Source: Mobula hypostoma (lineage: Eukaryota). From it: 64,000 nucleotides of DNA. Both the position numbers and the translations under genes were made by a program. Positions 26,667 to 38,345 of the stretch are shown here, piece after piece. Numbering within the stretch: position 1 is the first letter of the stretch; every line of letters begins with the position of its first letter. The notes beneath the pieces are model-generated. The model saw only the letters and a program-made list of their open reading frames with translations, had not been told where the DNA came from and searched no databases. Location of the stretch: NCBI RefSeq assembly GCF_963921235.1, contig NC_086097.1, forward strand, positions 192,884,001 through 192,948,000, read 5' to 3'.

Positions 26667-27215
26667 ACCATAAGACATAGAAGCAGAATTAGGCCATTCA
26701 GCCCATCAAGTCTGCTCCACCATTCCATCATGACTGATCCCAGATGCCACTCAACCCCATACATCTGCCTCCTCACCATATCCTTTGATGCCCTGACCGA
26801 TCAGGAAATGATCAACTTCTGCGTTAAGTATACCTACGAACTTGGCCTCCACCACAGTCTGGGGCAGAGCATTCCACAGATTTACAAACTCTCTGGGTAA
26901 AAAAATTACTCCCTACCACTGTTCTAAAAGGTCACCCCTCAATTTTGAGGCTGTGTGCTCTATTTCTGGATAACCCCATCATATTTCCACATCCACCCTA
27001 TCTAGTCCTTTCAACATTCAGTAGGTTTCAGTGAGCTACCCCCGCATTCTTCTACATTTCAGTGAGTACAGGCACAAAGCTGCCCAATGCTCCTTATGTC
27101 AACCCCTTCATTCCCACTTCCTCTGAACTCTCACCAATGAAAATACATCCTTTCTAAGATATGAGGCCCAAAGCTGTTGGCAACACTTCAAGTGTGGACT
27201 GACCAGTGTCTTATA
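26667..27215 (-). mobile_element. CR1 3' fragment
   Basis: accataagacatagaagcagaattaggccattc tail; the reverse complement encodes LYKTLVSPHL..LWASYLRKD and TQRVCKSVE-like relics. Confidence 0.8.
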
Positions 27216-27219
27216 AAGT

Positions 27220-27778
27220 AGTAGATCATACCTAACTAATCTTAAATAGAATTTTTCAAGGAAGTTACAAGGAAAGTCGATGAAGGCAAGACAGTGGATA
27301 TTATCTATGTGGACTTAAGCAAGGTCTTTGACTAGGTCCCACATGAGAGGTTGGTCAAGAAGGCTCAGTCACTTGGCATTCAAGATGAGATAGTAGACTG
27401 GATTAGACATTGGCTTTCTGGGAGAAGCCAGAGTGTGGTTGTAGATGTTTGCCTCTCTGACTTGAAGCCTGTGACTAGTGGTGTGCCACAGGGATCAGTG
27501 CTGCGTCTACTGTTGTTTGTCATCTAAATCAATGATATGAATGAAATTGTGGTAAACTGGACCAACAAGTTTGCAGATGGCACCAAGATTCACCAAGCTT
27601 GGGGATGTAGTGGACAGCGAAGAAGACAATCAAATCTTGCAATGGATCAGGACCAACTGGAAAAATGGGCTGAGAAATGGCATATGGAATTTAATGAAGA
27701 CAGGTATAATGTGTTGCACTTTGGGAGGACAGACCAGGGTAGGACTTACAGGGTGAGCAGCTGGACACTGAGGAGTAC
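27220..27778 (+). mobile_element. CR1 internal RT fragment
   Basis: gtgactagtggtgtgccacagggatcagtgctg, NKFADGTKI, DQLEKWAEKWHMEFN. Confidence 0.85.
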
Positions 27779-29250
27779 CCAAAAGGCTTGAAGTGTTTTT
27801 TTAATTTTATTTTTGTTTCCAACAAACATCTAGTAAATTTAAGTATTTTAAAGTAACTTTAATGTATTCTTAATATTTTTCAGATAATGTTTTAACGATT
27901 TAACTTGTTTTTGTTTTTATTTATTTATTCATTTACAGGACGTGGGCGTCACCAGCTAAGCCAGCATTTATTACCCATCCCTAGTATTTTGTTGCTTTAC
28001 GATAGGTATTATAAAATAGTTCAGAGGCCTTTAATAGTATCAGGATATCAAAAGGTAGTCTGGGGATTCAAGTAGTCTTGAGTCCCAGTTGCTGCTTGCA
28101 ATCCTGTCTACTTTGCAGGACATCCAAGGCAGCCAAGCCTTGGTTGCTGTCACAAAGCTCAAAACTGTTACAGGAGATCGTAATCCAGATCAAACACCAC
28201 CCAGCCTAAGTCACAGTGCCAAGAATGGAAAGAGCAAACAGGCTGATCAGGAGGAAAATATTTATATCCCTTTATATTCGAGATTCCTTGAGATAAATGC
28301 CAAGACTCTGTTAGCTTTTATTTAATTCACATCCCTCTCTTTTAGTAATTTCTGTATTTGCAGCTCCAAGTCTCTCCATTGTCATAGTTCCAAGCTTCTC
28401 ATCGCTTTGAAACTATGATAATTTCAGAACATTTAAGTTTCTCCATATTAAGAGCTACTGCTTTTGCATGCCCACTCATTGGTTCTTTTGTAACGTGCTC
28501 CTCCTAACTCATTTCCTACAGTACCACTTCACTGATGCCAACTGGAAACTTCTTTACTCAAATAGTATTCCATGTGTTACTTCAATAGAAACATTAATTA
28601 GTTCAATCTATCAGATATTCATCGAGGCTAAAATAGTTCAAGTGAATATGATAAGCATTCATTGACTATTAACATCAGAAGGTAATTAGGATGCTTCTAA
28701 TTTTTATTCCCTTTGTTTAGCTTCTGCTAAGCACCATCAGAAAATGACGGTACAGAGGCATAGCATTGTATCTCTAGTCATTAACAAGAAATGCATTATG
28801 TTGGTACATCAGTACAAATTAATTACCTTGTCTGCAGTGGAATGTATTTCAGAAGCAGAGTTCAACAAGGTTATATGAGACCATATAGCATATTTAATGC
28901 TCCACTAGTGATAAATGTCTTTGTTAAAATATTAGTTTGACATTACTACTGTATATCTGCTGTCTTTTACTGCAGTATTCCAATGTTGTTCCTCTGTTCC
29001 ACTCCTTTTGTTTTTATATAGGTAGTACTCAGTGATTTACTTTCTTATTGTTTCTACAAGCAGTATGCCAGCAAATTTGTTTTTCAGCTCTTGTGATCTT
29101 GGGCCATGAGAAATGACAGAAATGCAGAATTACATTAATAGCAGTGGGGATCATTTTGGCTTACAAAATTATGGGTAGAATAATTATGGATTAACTAAAA
29201 TGAGAACCATTATTCAGGAAATAAAACCTGTACACAAGTTAAGTTCCAAC

Positions 29251-29440
29251 TCAGCACTCACAAAATGCTGGAAGAACTCAAGTAGGCCAGACAGGATCTA
29301 TGGAAAAAAGTACAGTTGACATTTCAGGCCAAAACAGCATCTGCAGGTTTTCTCTTGTATGTGAAGAACTCAGCAGATCAGGCAGCATCTAAGGAAACGA
29401 ATGAACAGTCATGTTTTGGGCCGAGACCCTTCCTCAGGAC
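29251..29440 (-). repeat. Penelope-like pLTR tandem remnant with degenerate hammerhead motif
   Basis: Reverse complement of 29406-29440 is gtcctgaggaagggtctcggcccaaaacatgactg. Flanked by aagttccaac / aaattccaac. Confidence 0.7.
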
Positions 29441-29518
29441 AAATTCCAACCAATACTTTGAGGCTAATGAAACCAATTGTGGGACATTCTGATTCTGTCC
29501 AATTGAAACTGCACAATA

Positions 29519-32500
29519 AGATTTTTCCTTCTTTTCACATGTTCATCATTCCTATTCAAGAATTGATTATTTTTTCATTGATTCTCGTCTTATTCCTTCA
29601 GTGATTAAATGTGATTATGATTCTATAACCATTTCGGATCATGCTCCACTTAAGCTTTCTATTAAAATTATGGCCAATATACCAAATAATAGACAATGGC
29701 GTTTTAATTCGCTGTTGCTTCAGGACTCGGACTTTGTTAATTTTATGAATGAACAGATTGAGCTTTTTTTTACAATTAACCATACAGAAGATATTTCGGT
29801 TAATACTCTTTGGGACACTTTTAAAGCCTATATTCGGGGTCAGATTATTTCGTATTCTGTTGCTTTGAGGAAGAAACAGAAGCAGGAGGAGATGGCAATT
29901 GTGGACAAGATTAAAGAAATTGATAAGAAATATGTTATGGCTCCTTCTGAGGAGTTATACAAACAAAGAACTGAACTTCAAATGGAACACAGTTTACTAC
30001 TCTCGTCCTCGATTGTAAACCAATTAAAGAAAACAAGAAGTGACTTTTATGTTCACAGTGACAAAATTGGCAAGCTGCTGGCTAATCAATTGAAATCTAA
30101 TTATGTTAAATCTCAAATCAATCAGATTTATAACCAAAATGATCGATTGATATTGGATCATGTGGGGATTAATCAAACCTTTTGTGATTTTTATTCTTCT
30201 TTATATCAATCAGAGTCTCCTCGAGATTCTAAATATATGAATGATTTTTTAGATAAGTTAGACTTCCCTCAGATTTCACAGGATATGTCTTCTTTATTAG
30301 ATACTTCCATCACAATGGATGAGATTAAGAATGTTATTTTTTCTATGAATCTGGGGAAAGCTCCTGGCCCTGATGGGTTTACCGTTGAATTTTATAAATG
30401 TTTTGCTTCTTTATTGATTCCTTGGCTCGGTAGGGTTTTTGAGGCTTCTTTGAAACTTGGTAAACTTCCTGAATCTTTTAATAGAGCATCAATTTCTCTA
30501 ATACTAAAGAAGGATAAAGACCCTGCTCAATGTGCATCTTATAGACCAATATCTTTATTAAATGTTGATTCTAAAGTTTTTTCTAAGTTATTAGCAAATA
30601 GACTAGAAAAAGTACTTCCTTCTATTATTTCGGAAGACCAAACGGGTTTTATTAAAGGTCGTTACTCTTTTTATAATATTCGTACATTGTTAAATATCGT
30701 TTATACTCCCTCACAAAATGTTCCTGAGTGTGTTATTTCTTTAGATGCCGAGAAAGCTTTTGATAGAGTAGAATGGCCTTATTTATTTAAGGTGCTTGAA
30801 ATGTTTAATTTTAGTTTGAAATTTATATCCTGGATTAAACTGTTATATCACTCCCCTGTAGCCTCGGTTCGTACTAACTCTTTAAACTCACCTTTTTTTC
30901 CTCTCTTTCGTGGTACTCGACAAGGCTGTCCTCTTAGTCCCCTATTATTTGATATTGCATTAGAACCTCTTGCAATTGCTATTCGAGAATCTTCAAATAT
31001 TACTGGGATAACTCGGGGATTAAAGTCCCATAAATTATCACTCTATGCTGATGATTTACTTTTATATATTTCTAATCCTGAGAGATCCATTCCTGCTGTT
31101 TTAGAGTTATTAGCACAATTTGGTCTTTTCTCAGGTTATAAATTAAATCTTAGTAAGAGTGAACTTTTTCCGATTAATAAACATCTTCCCTTATATTATA
31201 AATTTCCATTTAAATTGATTAATAATTACTTTTCATATCTTGGGATTAAAATTACTTGTAAATACAAAGATTTATTTAAGACTAACTTTTTACCATTAAT
31301 AGACCATATTACTCAACTTTCATCTAAATGGTTTCCTTTATATTTAACTTTGATTGGTCGTATTAATGCGGTTAAGATGTTTTTTTTGCCAAAATTTTTA
31401 TATGTGTTTCAGGCATTACCAATTTTCGTTCCAAAATCTTTTTTTGATAAAGTTGACTCTAAAACTTCTTCATTTATTTGGCAGAATAAGAATCCGAGAC
31501 TGGGTAAAATACATTTACAGAAAGCTAAGAGAGATGGAGGTTTAGCATTACCTAACTTTAGATTCTATTATTGGGCTATTAATATTCGACATATGAAATT
31601 TTGGTTACTTGACCAGGACATACTATCTATTCCTAAATGGGTAGCATTGGAATTACAATCTGTTCAGGGTTATACACTTGGTTCTATTTTAGGCTCCTCT
31701 CTCCCTTTTGATTCGAAACGTCCTAAGCAGGTCTCTAACCCGATAGTTAAATATGCTTTGCGCATTTGGTTTCAATTCAGAAAATTTTTTGATCTTAATC
31801 AATTCGGGTTAGCGATTCCTATTTTAGGTAACATATTTTTTCCTCCCTCTTTTACGGATCGCGCTTTTCAAACTTGGAAGACTAAGGGTATTTTACGGTT
31901 TTTGGATTTATTTTTAGATGGTTCCCTTATGTCTTTTGAACAATTATCTAATAAATATAACTTATCAAGAATACATTTTTTTAGATATTTACAAGTTAGA
32001 AATTTCCTAAGTACTATACTTTCTTCCTTTCCAATGCTTCCTCCTACATATATTTTAGATTCGATAATTAACCTTAATCCATGTCAGAAAGGTGCATCGG
32101 CTATGATTTATAATATTATTATGAAACTTAGGAAAGCTCCATTTGATAAGATTAGGGTAGATTGGGAACAGGAATTGGGGCTTACCATTTCTGTGGATGA
32201 TTGGGAGCAGATTTTACAATTAGTTAATACTTCCTCTATTTGTGCTAAACATTCCCTAATTCAATTTAAAGTGGTTCATAGAGCACATATGTCCAAAGAT
32301 AAGTTAGCGCGTTTTTACTCGCATATTAATCCTTTCTGTGATAGATGTTCGGGGCAGATAGCCTCTTTAACTCATATGTTTTGGTCTTGCCCTACTTTGG
32401 AAACTTTTTGGAGAGATATTTTCAATATTATTTCTAAGGTATTAAATATAGATATCTCTCCTCACCCTATTACTGCTATCTTTGGACTACCTAAAATTTC

Positions 32501-33090
32501 TAGTAATCTTTCCCCTTCAGCCCGTAGAATGATTGCATTTCTTACTTTAATGGCGAAAAGATGTATTTTACAACATTGGAAAGAGCTTAATGCTCCAACT
32601 ACCTTTTTTTGGTTTTCTCAGACGATTTTATGTTTGAATTTGGAGAAAATTAGAAGTAACCTTTATGATTCTTCATTTAAATTTGAACAGATTTGGGGAC
32701 CTTTTATTCGATATTTTCATTTAATGTAATATTTACCCTTCTTGTTTTTTTTTCACTGTTTTTAATGGAGGTCGGGATTGAGGACGTGATTTTAAGTTTA
32801 ACTCTGTTTGGTTTCAAGTTAGCCCATTGCTTTGCCTTGCTTTTAGTTAGCTGCACGGTGGGTTTTTTTTTTGGGTTTTTTTTTCTTTTTTTTCCATTGA
32901 TATATATAAAATTTAGTATACTATTATGTTATCTTGGTTTCTTATGTTTAAATTACATTGTTTGTAGTATTTTCTTTTTGGTATTGATATCTTTTGGAAT
33001 TTTATTATACTTTAACATTGTATTAATGTTTATATGGCTTACCTTTTTTGTATACTTACTCAATAAAAAGATTTAAAAAGAAAAAAAAAA
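29519..33090 (+). mobile_element. Young L1-clade LINE, 5'-truncated
   Basis: Perfect 14-bp TSD gaaactgcacaata (29505-29518 / 33091-33104); AATAAA at 33062 and A-rich tail; uninterrupted ORF2. Confidence 0.97.
29520..32729 (+). CDS. L1 ORF2p (end of APE endonuclease, RT, Cys-rich domain), lacking the N-terminus
   Basis: Open from the junction: DFSFFSHVHHSYSRIDYF..SDHAP, KAPGPDGF, SLDAEKAFDRVEW, GTRQGCPLSP, LYADD, CDRC..LTHMFWSC. Confidence 0.93.
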   Translation, partial: DFSFFSHVHHSYSRIDYFFIDSRLIPSVIKCDYDSITISDHAPLKLSIKIMANIPNNRQWRFNSLLLQDSDFVNFMNEQIELFFTINHTEDISVNTLWDTFKAYIRGQIISYSVALRKKQKQEEMAIVDKIKEIDKKYVMAPSEELYKQRTELQMEHSLLLSSSIVNQLKKTRSDFYVHSDKIGKLLANQLKSNYVKSQINQIYNQNDRLILDHVGINQTFCDFYSSLYQSESPRDSKYMNDFLDKLDFPQISQDMSSLLDTSITMDEIKNVIFSMNLGKAPGPDGFTVEFYKCFASLLIPWLGRVFEASLKLGKLPESFNRASISLILKKDKDPAQCASYRPISLLNVDSKVFSKLLANRLEKVLPSIISEDQTGFIKGRYSFYNIRTLLNIVYTPSQNVPECVISLDAEKAFDRVEWPYLFKVLEMFNFSLKFISWIKLLYHSPVASVRTNSLNSPFFPLFRGTRQGCPLSPLLFDIALEPLAIAIRESSNITGITRGLKSHKLSLYADDLLLYISNPERSIPAVLELLAQFGLFSGYKLNLSKSELFPINKHLPLYYKFPFKLINNYFSYLGIKITCKYKDLFKTNFLPLIDHITQLSSKWFPLYLTLIGRINAVKMFFLPKFLYVFQALPIFVPKSFFDKVDSKTSSFIWQNKNPRLGKIHLQKAKRDGGLALPNFRFYYWAINIRHMKFWLLDQDILSIPKWVALELQSVQGYTLGSILGSSLPFDSKRPKQVSNPIVKYALRIWFQFRKFFDLNQFGLAIPILGNIFFPPSFTDRAFQTWKTKGILRFLDLFLDGSLMSFEQLSNKYNLSRIHFFRYLQVRNFLSTILSSFPMLPPTYILDSIINLNPCQKGASAMIYNIIMKLRKAPFDKIRVDWEQELGLTISVDDWEQILQLVNTSSICAKHSLIQFKVVHRAHMSKDKLARFYSHINPFCDRCSGQIASLTHMFWSCPTLETFWRDIFNIISKVLNIDISPHPITAIFGLPKISSNLSPSARRMIAFLTLMAKRCILQHWKELNAPTTFFWFSQTILCLNLEKIRSNLYDSSFKFEQIWGPFIRYFHLM

Positions 33091-33435
33091 GAAACTGCAC
33101 AATAGATGAGTTCATGTTACTTAGAATGAGGTCAGGGAAGGCATTAAGTGACCATCTCCTGCATTAACACACAGTTAAAGGTGTATCCCTGCCACTTAAT
33201 ATGCAGATCAGGGCAGATCTGTTTGGTCAATTTAAAATTCTGTCTGTATATTCATGGAGACATCCTTCAATGTTGTAACAAAAAGGGTATATTTTGGGAG
33301 TTTGTGCTTTTGGAACAAACACCAGTATTGAATACCCAAAGGGGTTTTGCTAGTTGGAATGTGCCACCGTTTTAAACACGTAATTCTGTAAGATTACCAG
33401 ACTATATTCAAAATGGTAAGATAATTATAGCAATT

Positions 33436-33835
33436 GCAACACACACAAAATGCTGGAGGATCTCAGAAGGTTAGTCAGCATCTAAGGAAATGAACAAACA
33501 GTCAACATTTCAGGCTTCTTCAGGACCAGAAAGGAAGAATAAAAAGGTGGGAGAGGGGAAGGATGATAGCCGGAGAAGAGGGAATCTGATAGGAAAGGAA
33601 AGTGGACCATAGGAGAAAGGAATGGAGGAGGGGAGCCAGGGGGAGGTGATGGGCAGGTGAGAGGAGGTAAGAGGCTAGAGTTGGGAACAGAGAAAGTGGA
33701 GCAGGGAGAGAATTTTTTTTACCGGAAGGAGAAATTGATATTCGTGCCATCAAGTTGGAGGCTATTCAGATGAAATATAAGGTGTTGCTCCTCCACCCGG
33801 AGTGTGGCCTCATCTTAGCACAAGGGGAGCCCATG
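33436..33835 (-). mobile_element. Penelope-like element 3' fragment
   Basis: Reverse complement encodes DEATLRVEEQHLIFHLNSLQLDGTNINFS (GIY-YIG C-terminus), then a pyrimidine-rich tract and pLTR. Confidence 0.8.
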
Positions 33836-34051
33836 GTTTATTGGAACTGTAATTAATCATTTATAGTTGTTTTATGCTTAAGAATTATACAACGTCTTAT
33901 CAGGAGAGTGAGGCTCTCTTGAGATTCTCTTAGATTCACCTGGATGTTCTATCCTGAAGGTTTGCTGTGTGAATAAGGACTTTTATGATTCTCCATTATA
34001 GCTCCTGTGTGGTTCAGTTTTGGTCAGTCACAACAAGTAGTAGTGGAAAGA

Positions 34052-35030
34052 AAATCTGGAGCAACATACACAAAATGCTGAAAGAACTTAACAAGCCAGG
34101 TAGCATCCATGGAGGGAAATAAACATTTGATATCTCAGTCTGAGGCCCTGCATCAGAATGGAAAGTAAGAGGGCAAAAGCCAGAATTAGAGGGTGGAAAG
34201 AGTACAAGCAGACAGGTGATTGATGAAACCAAGTGAGGGTGGAGGTGGGTGGATGAATTAAAAAGCTGGAAATTGATAGATCGAAGAGGTAAGGAGCTGA
34301 AAAAAAAGAATCTAATAGGAGAGGGCTGTGAACCATGGACAAAAGTAAGAGAACAGACATCAGAGGGAGGTGATGGGCCGGTGAGAAGGGGTATGAGAGG
34401 AGCCAGAATTGGGAATGGAAAAGAGTAAAGTAGAAGGGGGAGAAATTACAAGAAGTTAAAAAAACTTATGTTCATGCAATTGGGTTGGAGACAACCCAAA
34501 CGGAATAAGAGGTGTTGCTCTTCCAACTCGAATTTGATCTCATCATGGCAGTAGTGGAGGCCATGGACAGAATGGGAATGGGAAGTTGAATTGAAATGGG
34601 TAGTGACCAGGAAATCCTGATCCTGCCTTTTTGGTGGTCAGGGCAAAGGTGCACAGTGAAGGAATCCCCTAATCTACGCTGGGTTTCACCAATGTAAAGG
34701 AGATCACACCAGGAGCACCAGATACAGTTGATGACCGCAAAAGACACATAGGTGTAGTGCCTCACCTGGAAGGACTGTTTGGGGTCCTGAATGGTGGTGA
34801 GAGAGGAGCAATAGGGGCATGTGTGGAAAGGGGAGGGGGAAGTAAAAATGTGCTTAGTCATAGGATCATATTGGAAGATAGCATCAGTTAGGAGAATGAT
34901 GTGCTTGATGTGGAAGGTCTTGGAGAGGGTAAGTAAGACAAGGGGAACCCTATCCCTATTATGGGGGTGGGAGGGGTTGAAGACAGGTGTGCAGGAAATA
35001 GAGGAAATGCAGATGAGGGCAACATTGATG
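34052..35030 (-). mobile_element. Penelope-like element with GIY-YIG endonuclease remnant
   Basis: VINCIWCSWCDLLYIGETQRRLGDSF (ORF 34472-34861); pLTR with degenerate hammerhead core near 34125-34160. Confidence 0.85.
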
Positions 35031-35589
35031 GGAAAAATATAGTAATATTTGTTGCTTCACAAGGATATAGAGATCAATGTTGGAAAGTATTTGAACCATC
35101 CCTATAATCTTTATATCAAAGTCACATCTCTTCAACAATCCAGTTACCCAGCTGATCTATAGATGGTGAAGTGGATCAGTGATTAAAGTATATAAACCTA
35201 ATAATGCAGTTAAAATGACTGAGTTATGCTATGGAAATATTGATTTCACCCAAATGGACCCAAAACCTCTACATGAGATAAAACTTCCCTTTCCTACAAC
35301 AAACCTTACAAACCTAGAATATAGTCGGAATCTACTCACAGAGAATTAGGCAAACTAAAAATTTTACCAAAATATCTCTTGCATGTAATAACCGGGAATT
35401 TCAGCAATGCATTTTATGGTTCCAGTAGAATTATTTCCCTTTTCTGTGCGGTACAGTATTCGTAGAAAAAGCAATACTTTTCATTTCCAAATCTATACAA
35501 AAAAATCCTTTCAAACTAAGGTGTTATGTTTTTGTGTTTTGTGCCAACATACTTAGAAAATGATTAGTCAATCAATCAGGATCAACATG

Positions 35590-36296
35590 ATGTTATGAAA
35601 AGGAAATCAAGCTTGACAAGTTTACCATGCTCTTTGAAGATATAACAAGAAAGTGGTAGATAAATGAGAATTAGCAGAATATAATATTTCTGTAATGCAG
35701 AAGCCATTCAATAAGATGTCACAGACTATGAAGCACATGTTTACACTAACTCATGATAATTGCTTTTTATTTTTCCTAAATTTCCATTAGTGTCCCTTTC
35801 CCTTCCCGCTGCTTCTCTCCTTTAACACTTACACATTAGGGGCAACTTAGACTGGTCAGTTAACCTTCTAACCAGCATATCTATGCTACATAGGAGGAAA
35901 ATGAAACACAAGGAGGGGACGAGGGCTGGCGAGGAAACCCATATGAACACATGGAAAACACGCAAGCTCAAACTACTCAACAAGATTAGTGTATACTGGG
36001 GTTGGGTAATATATTGGCATGGGAAAGTGCATGGCAAGCTAACAAAAACAGATAGCTGTGAGAAATGGATAATTTATGGAGTGGAAATCAGTATATATTG
36101 GACTGCTGTAGAAATCAGTATTAGGGACAAAATATTTAATCTCTATATTAATGATTTGGATGAAGGGACAAATCTCCCAATGATACCGAGGTAAATATAT
36201 CAGCAAGTTGTGAGGGGGCTACAAAGGAATGCAAATAAGTTAGTGAAGTGATCAACAAGTTGACAGATGGAATATAAAGTGGGGAAATGTATGGTC
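35590..36296 (+). mobile_element. Old CR1 fragments with a SINE (- strand, about 35730-35975) nested inside
   Basis: ggaaatcaagcttgacaag, tatattaatgatttggatgaagg, gacagatggaatataaagtgggg; SINE-type ggaggaaaatgaaacac...gaggaaacccatat. Confidence 0.55.
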
Positions 36297-37749
36297 ATGG
36301 TCGTAAGTGGCTATTTGAGTCGCAATGCCATTGGGAGTACTTAATCGATAGTGGGAGCTTATCTCCACTAAGACCCCTAGCTATCACAACCTTAAGGAAC
36401 CAATTAAGAATCATAATAGTAAATTTTCAAGAAGTAGAGTGATTCTAATCTCATTCTCTACTCTCCCTACTCTCTTACAATGGGATTCTTAATCTTGGAG
36501 AATGGGATGACCTTGGTTGTAATTAACACACTCCTTTTCTCTCCTTCTCAACAGATTACTGACATGTGCAGAGAAATATTAGAAGATTGATTTCATTTCA
36601 TAAATTTTAGCAAAAATAATAAGCAAAATCAATCATGACCAGTGTGCTTGGATGACCAGGGTATCTCTTGTGATTCTTGAACACATTCCACATCCTAACA
36701 CTAATATATCCTCATTTAATTCTTGGTATCTGAAGAGTTACTGACACAGCTATGAAGTGGTAAAATTTACTGCAATCTAAAAGAAATGGTTTCAGCATGA
36801 AGTATTGTTTGAGACACATTTTGGCCAGTCTCCAGCGATTATTTTTCTTTCCTGTTCAACTTTTCAACATGTCTTCTGAGAATAATTAGGTGTATATTCT
36901 AATACAAAATGCAGATGGTATCTATTTGGTGGGCATTATGATAGTTTGGTTAGTGCTACTGGCTACATTTATTCTTGCTGCATTGCACTGCAGCTGTGTT
37001 ACACCACTCATTGCCTCTTTCATTATTTTTAGCTAAAAGTTTATTCATCAATTTGACAAGAGCACATGGGAAGAATACAATCACAAAGGAGCAGGAAAGA
37101 ACAAGGAGTCAGGGAACACAGACAAAAAAGGTAATTATGTTTCCATTTCTTGAAGAAAAGATTTAAAAAATGTAAAATGTGTTAGGGACTTTTGTGAAAA
37201 TGCAATTTATACATAAAAATCAAGGCATTAATAAAAGCTTGAATGAAGGAATGGCAAAATTATTATGATGGCTCATTAGCTAAAACATCCTTTGAATGTG
37301 GATCTAGCTCAACTAAATACTCATCAAAGGATGAAGTACTTAACAACCATAGAACAGTATAATCAGAGGATCAGTGACCTATTAGCAATGGAGCTGTGCT
37401 GGAAGAACAGAATAAATTATTGATTATAGATTACTGAAAATTGTGCAGCTAGTAAAGTGTAAATTATGCAACTAGGAAATATATGCTCGCAACAATGGGA
37501 AGTGTTTACATTCTGCATGCTCCATTCATAATTAGGTATTTGCCCATTGGTCCTCCCTCTTCTCCACTTCAACAGAACTCATACAAAAAGGTTCTCAAAC
37601 TGAACAACAATAGTTCATAAAGGTGCAAGAAAACTTGTAATGAGTCCTGTAATGCTGTTTTTTTGCTAGACAATGATCTGGTTGAATGGTCCCATAAAAT
37701 AGATCCCCAATGCCTGTCTATTCCTTCCATCCCTCTTCTACATTGCTGC

Positions 37750-38345
37750 AAAGGTTGTATGACTGCTGCCTCATAACTTAAGTGATGTGGGTTTAATCCT
37801 AGTCTTCATCGCTGTCTGGAGTTTGCATGTTCTACCTGAGACCATGTGGGTTTCCCCTCCAGCCTAACCCGGCCCTCATCTCCTCCTCGTGTTTTATTTT
37901 CCTCCTATGTCACATAGATAAGCTGGTTATAAGGTAAACTGGCCACTGTAAGTTGCCCCTAATGTGTAAGTGAGTGGTAGAATTTGAGGAGAGAGGTGGT
38001 GGGAAGGTGAGGGGGGCATTAATGGGAAGATGGGAAAAATAAAATATAATTAGTACAAGTTAGTGTAAGTGGATGCTTTATAATCTGTGTTGTCCCAGTG
38101 GCCCAGAGTAAGTTTCTGTGCTCTATGACTCAGCCTATGGAGTGTGCTGCCAGCACAAGTGGTGCATGTCAGCTCAATTTCAATGTTTAAGAGAGGTTTG
38201 GATAGGTATTTGGAAGGTAGGGATATGGAGGGCTATGGTCCTGGTGTGAGTTGATGGGAGAAGGCAGTTTAAATGTTTCAGCATTGACTACATGGGCCAA
38301 AGGGCCTGTTTCTGTGCTGTACTTTTGTATGATTCTATGGCTCTG
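37750..38345 (+). mobile_element. SINE with CR1-like tail, followed by a CR1 3' fragment
   Basis: actgctgcctca...ggagtttgcatgttct...gtgggtttcc...tgtaagttgcccct; then gggccaaagggcctgtttctgtgctgtac..gattctatg. Confidence 0.7.

Noticed and set aside
26667..27778. Possible twin-primed CR1 (opposed fragments)
   Set aside because: The fragments look like different subfamilies, are not contiguous in the ORF, and show no TSD.
32693..33076. 127-aa hydrophobic ORF
   Set aside because: A by-product of the T-rich L1 3'UTR.
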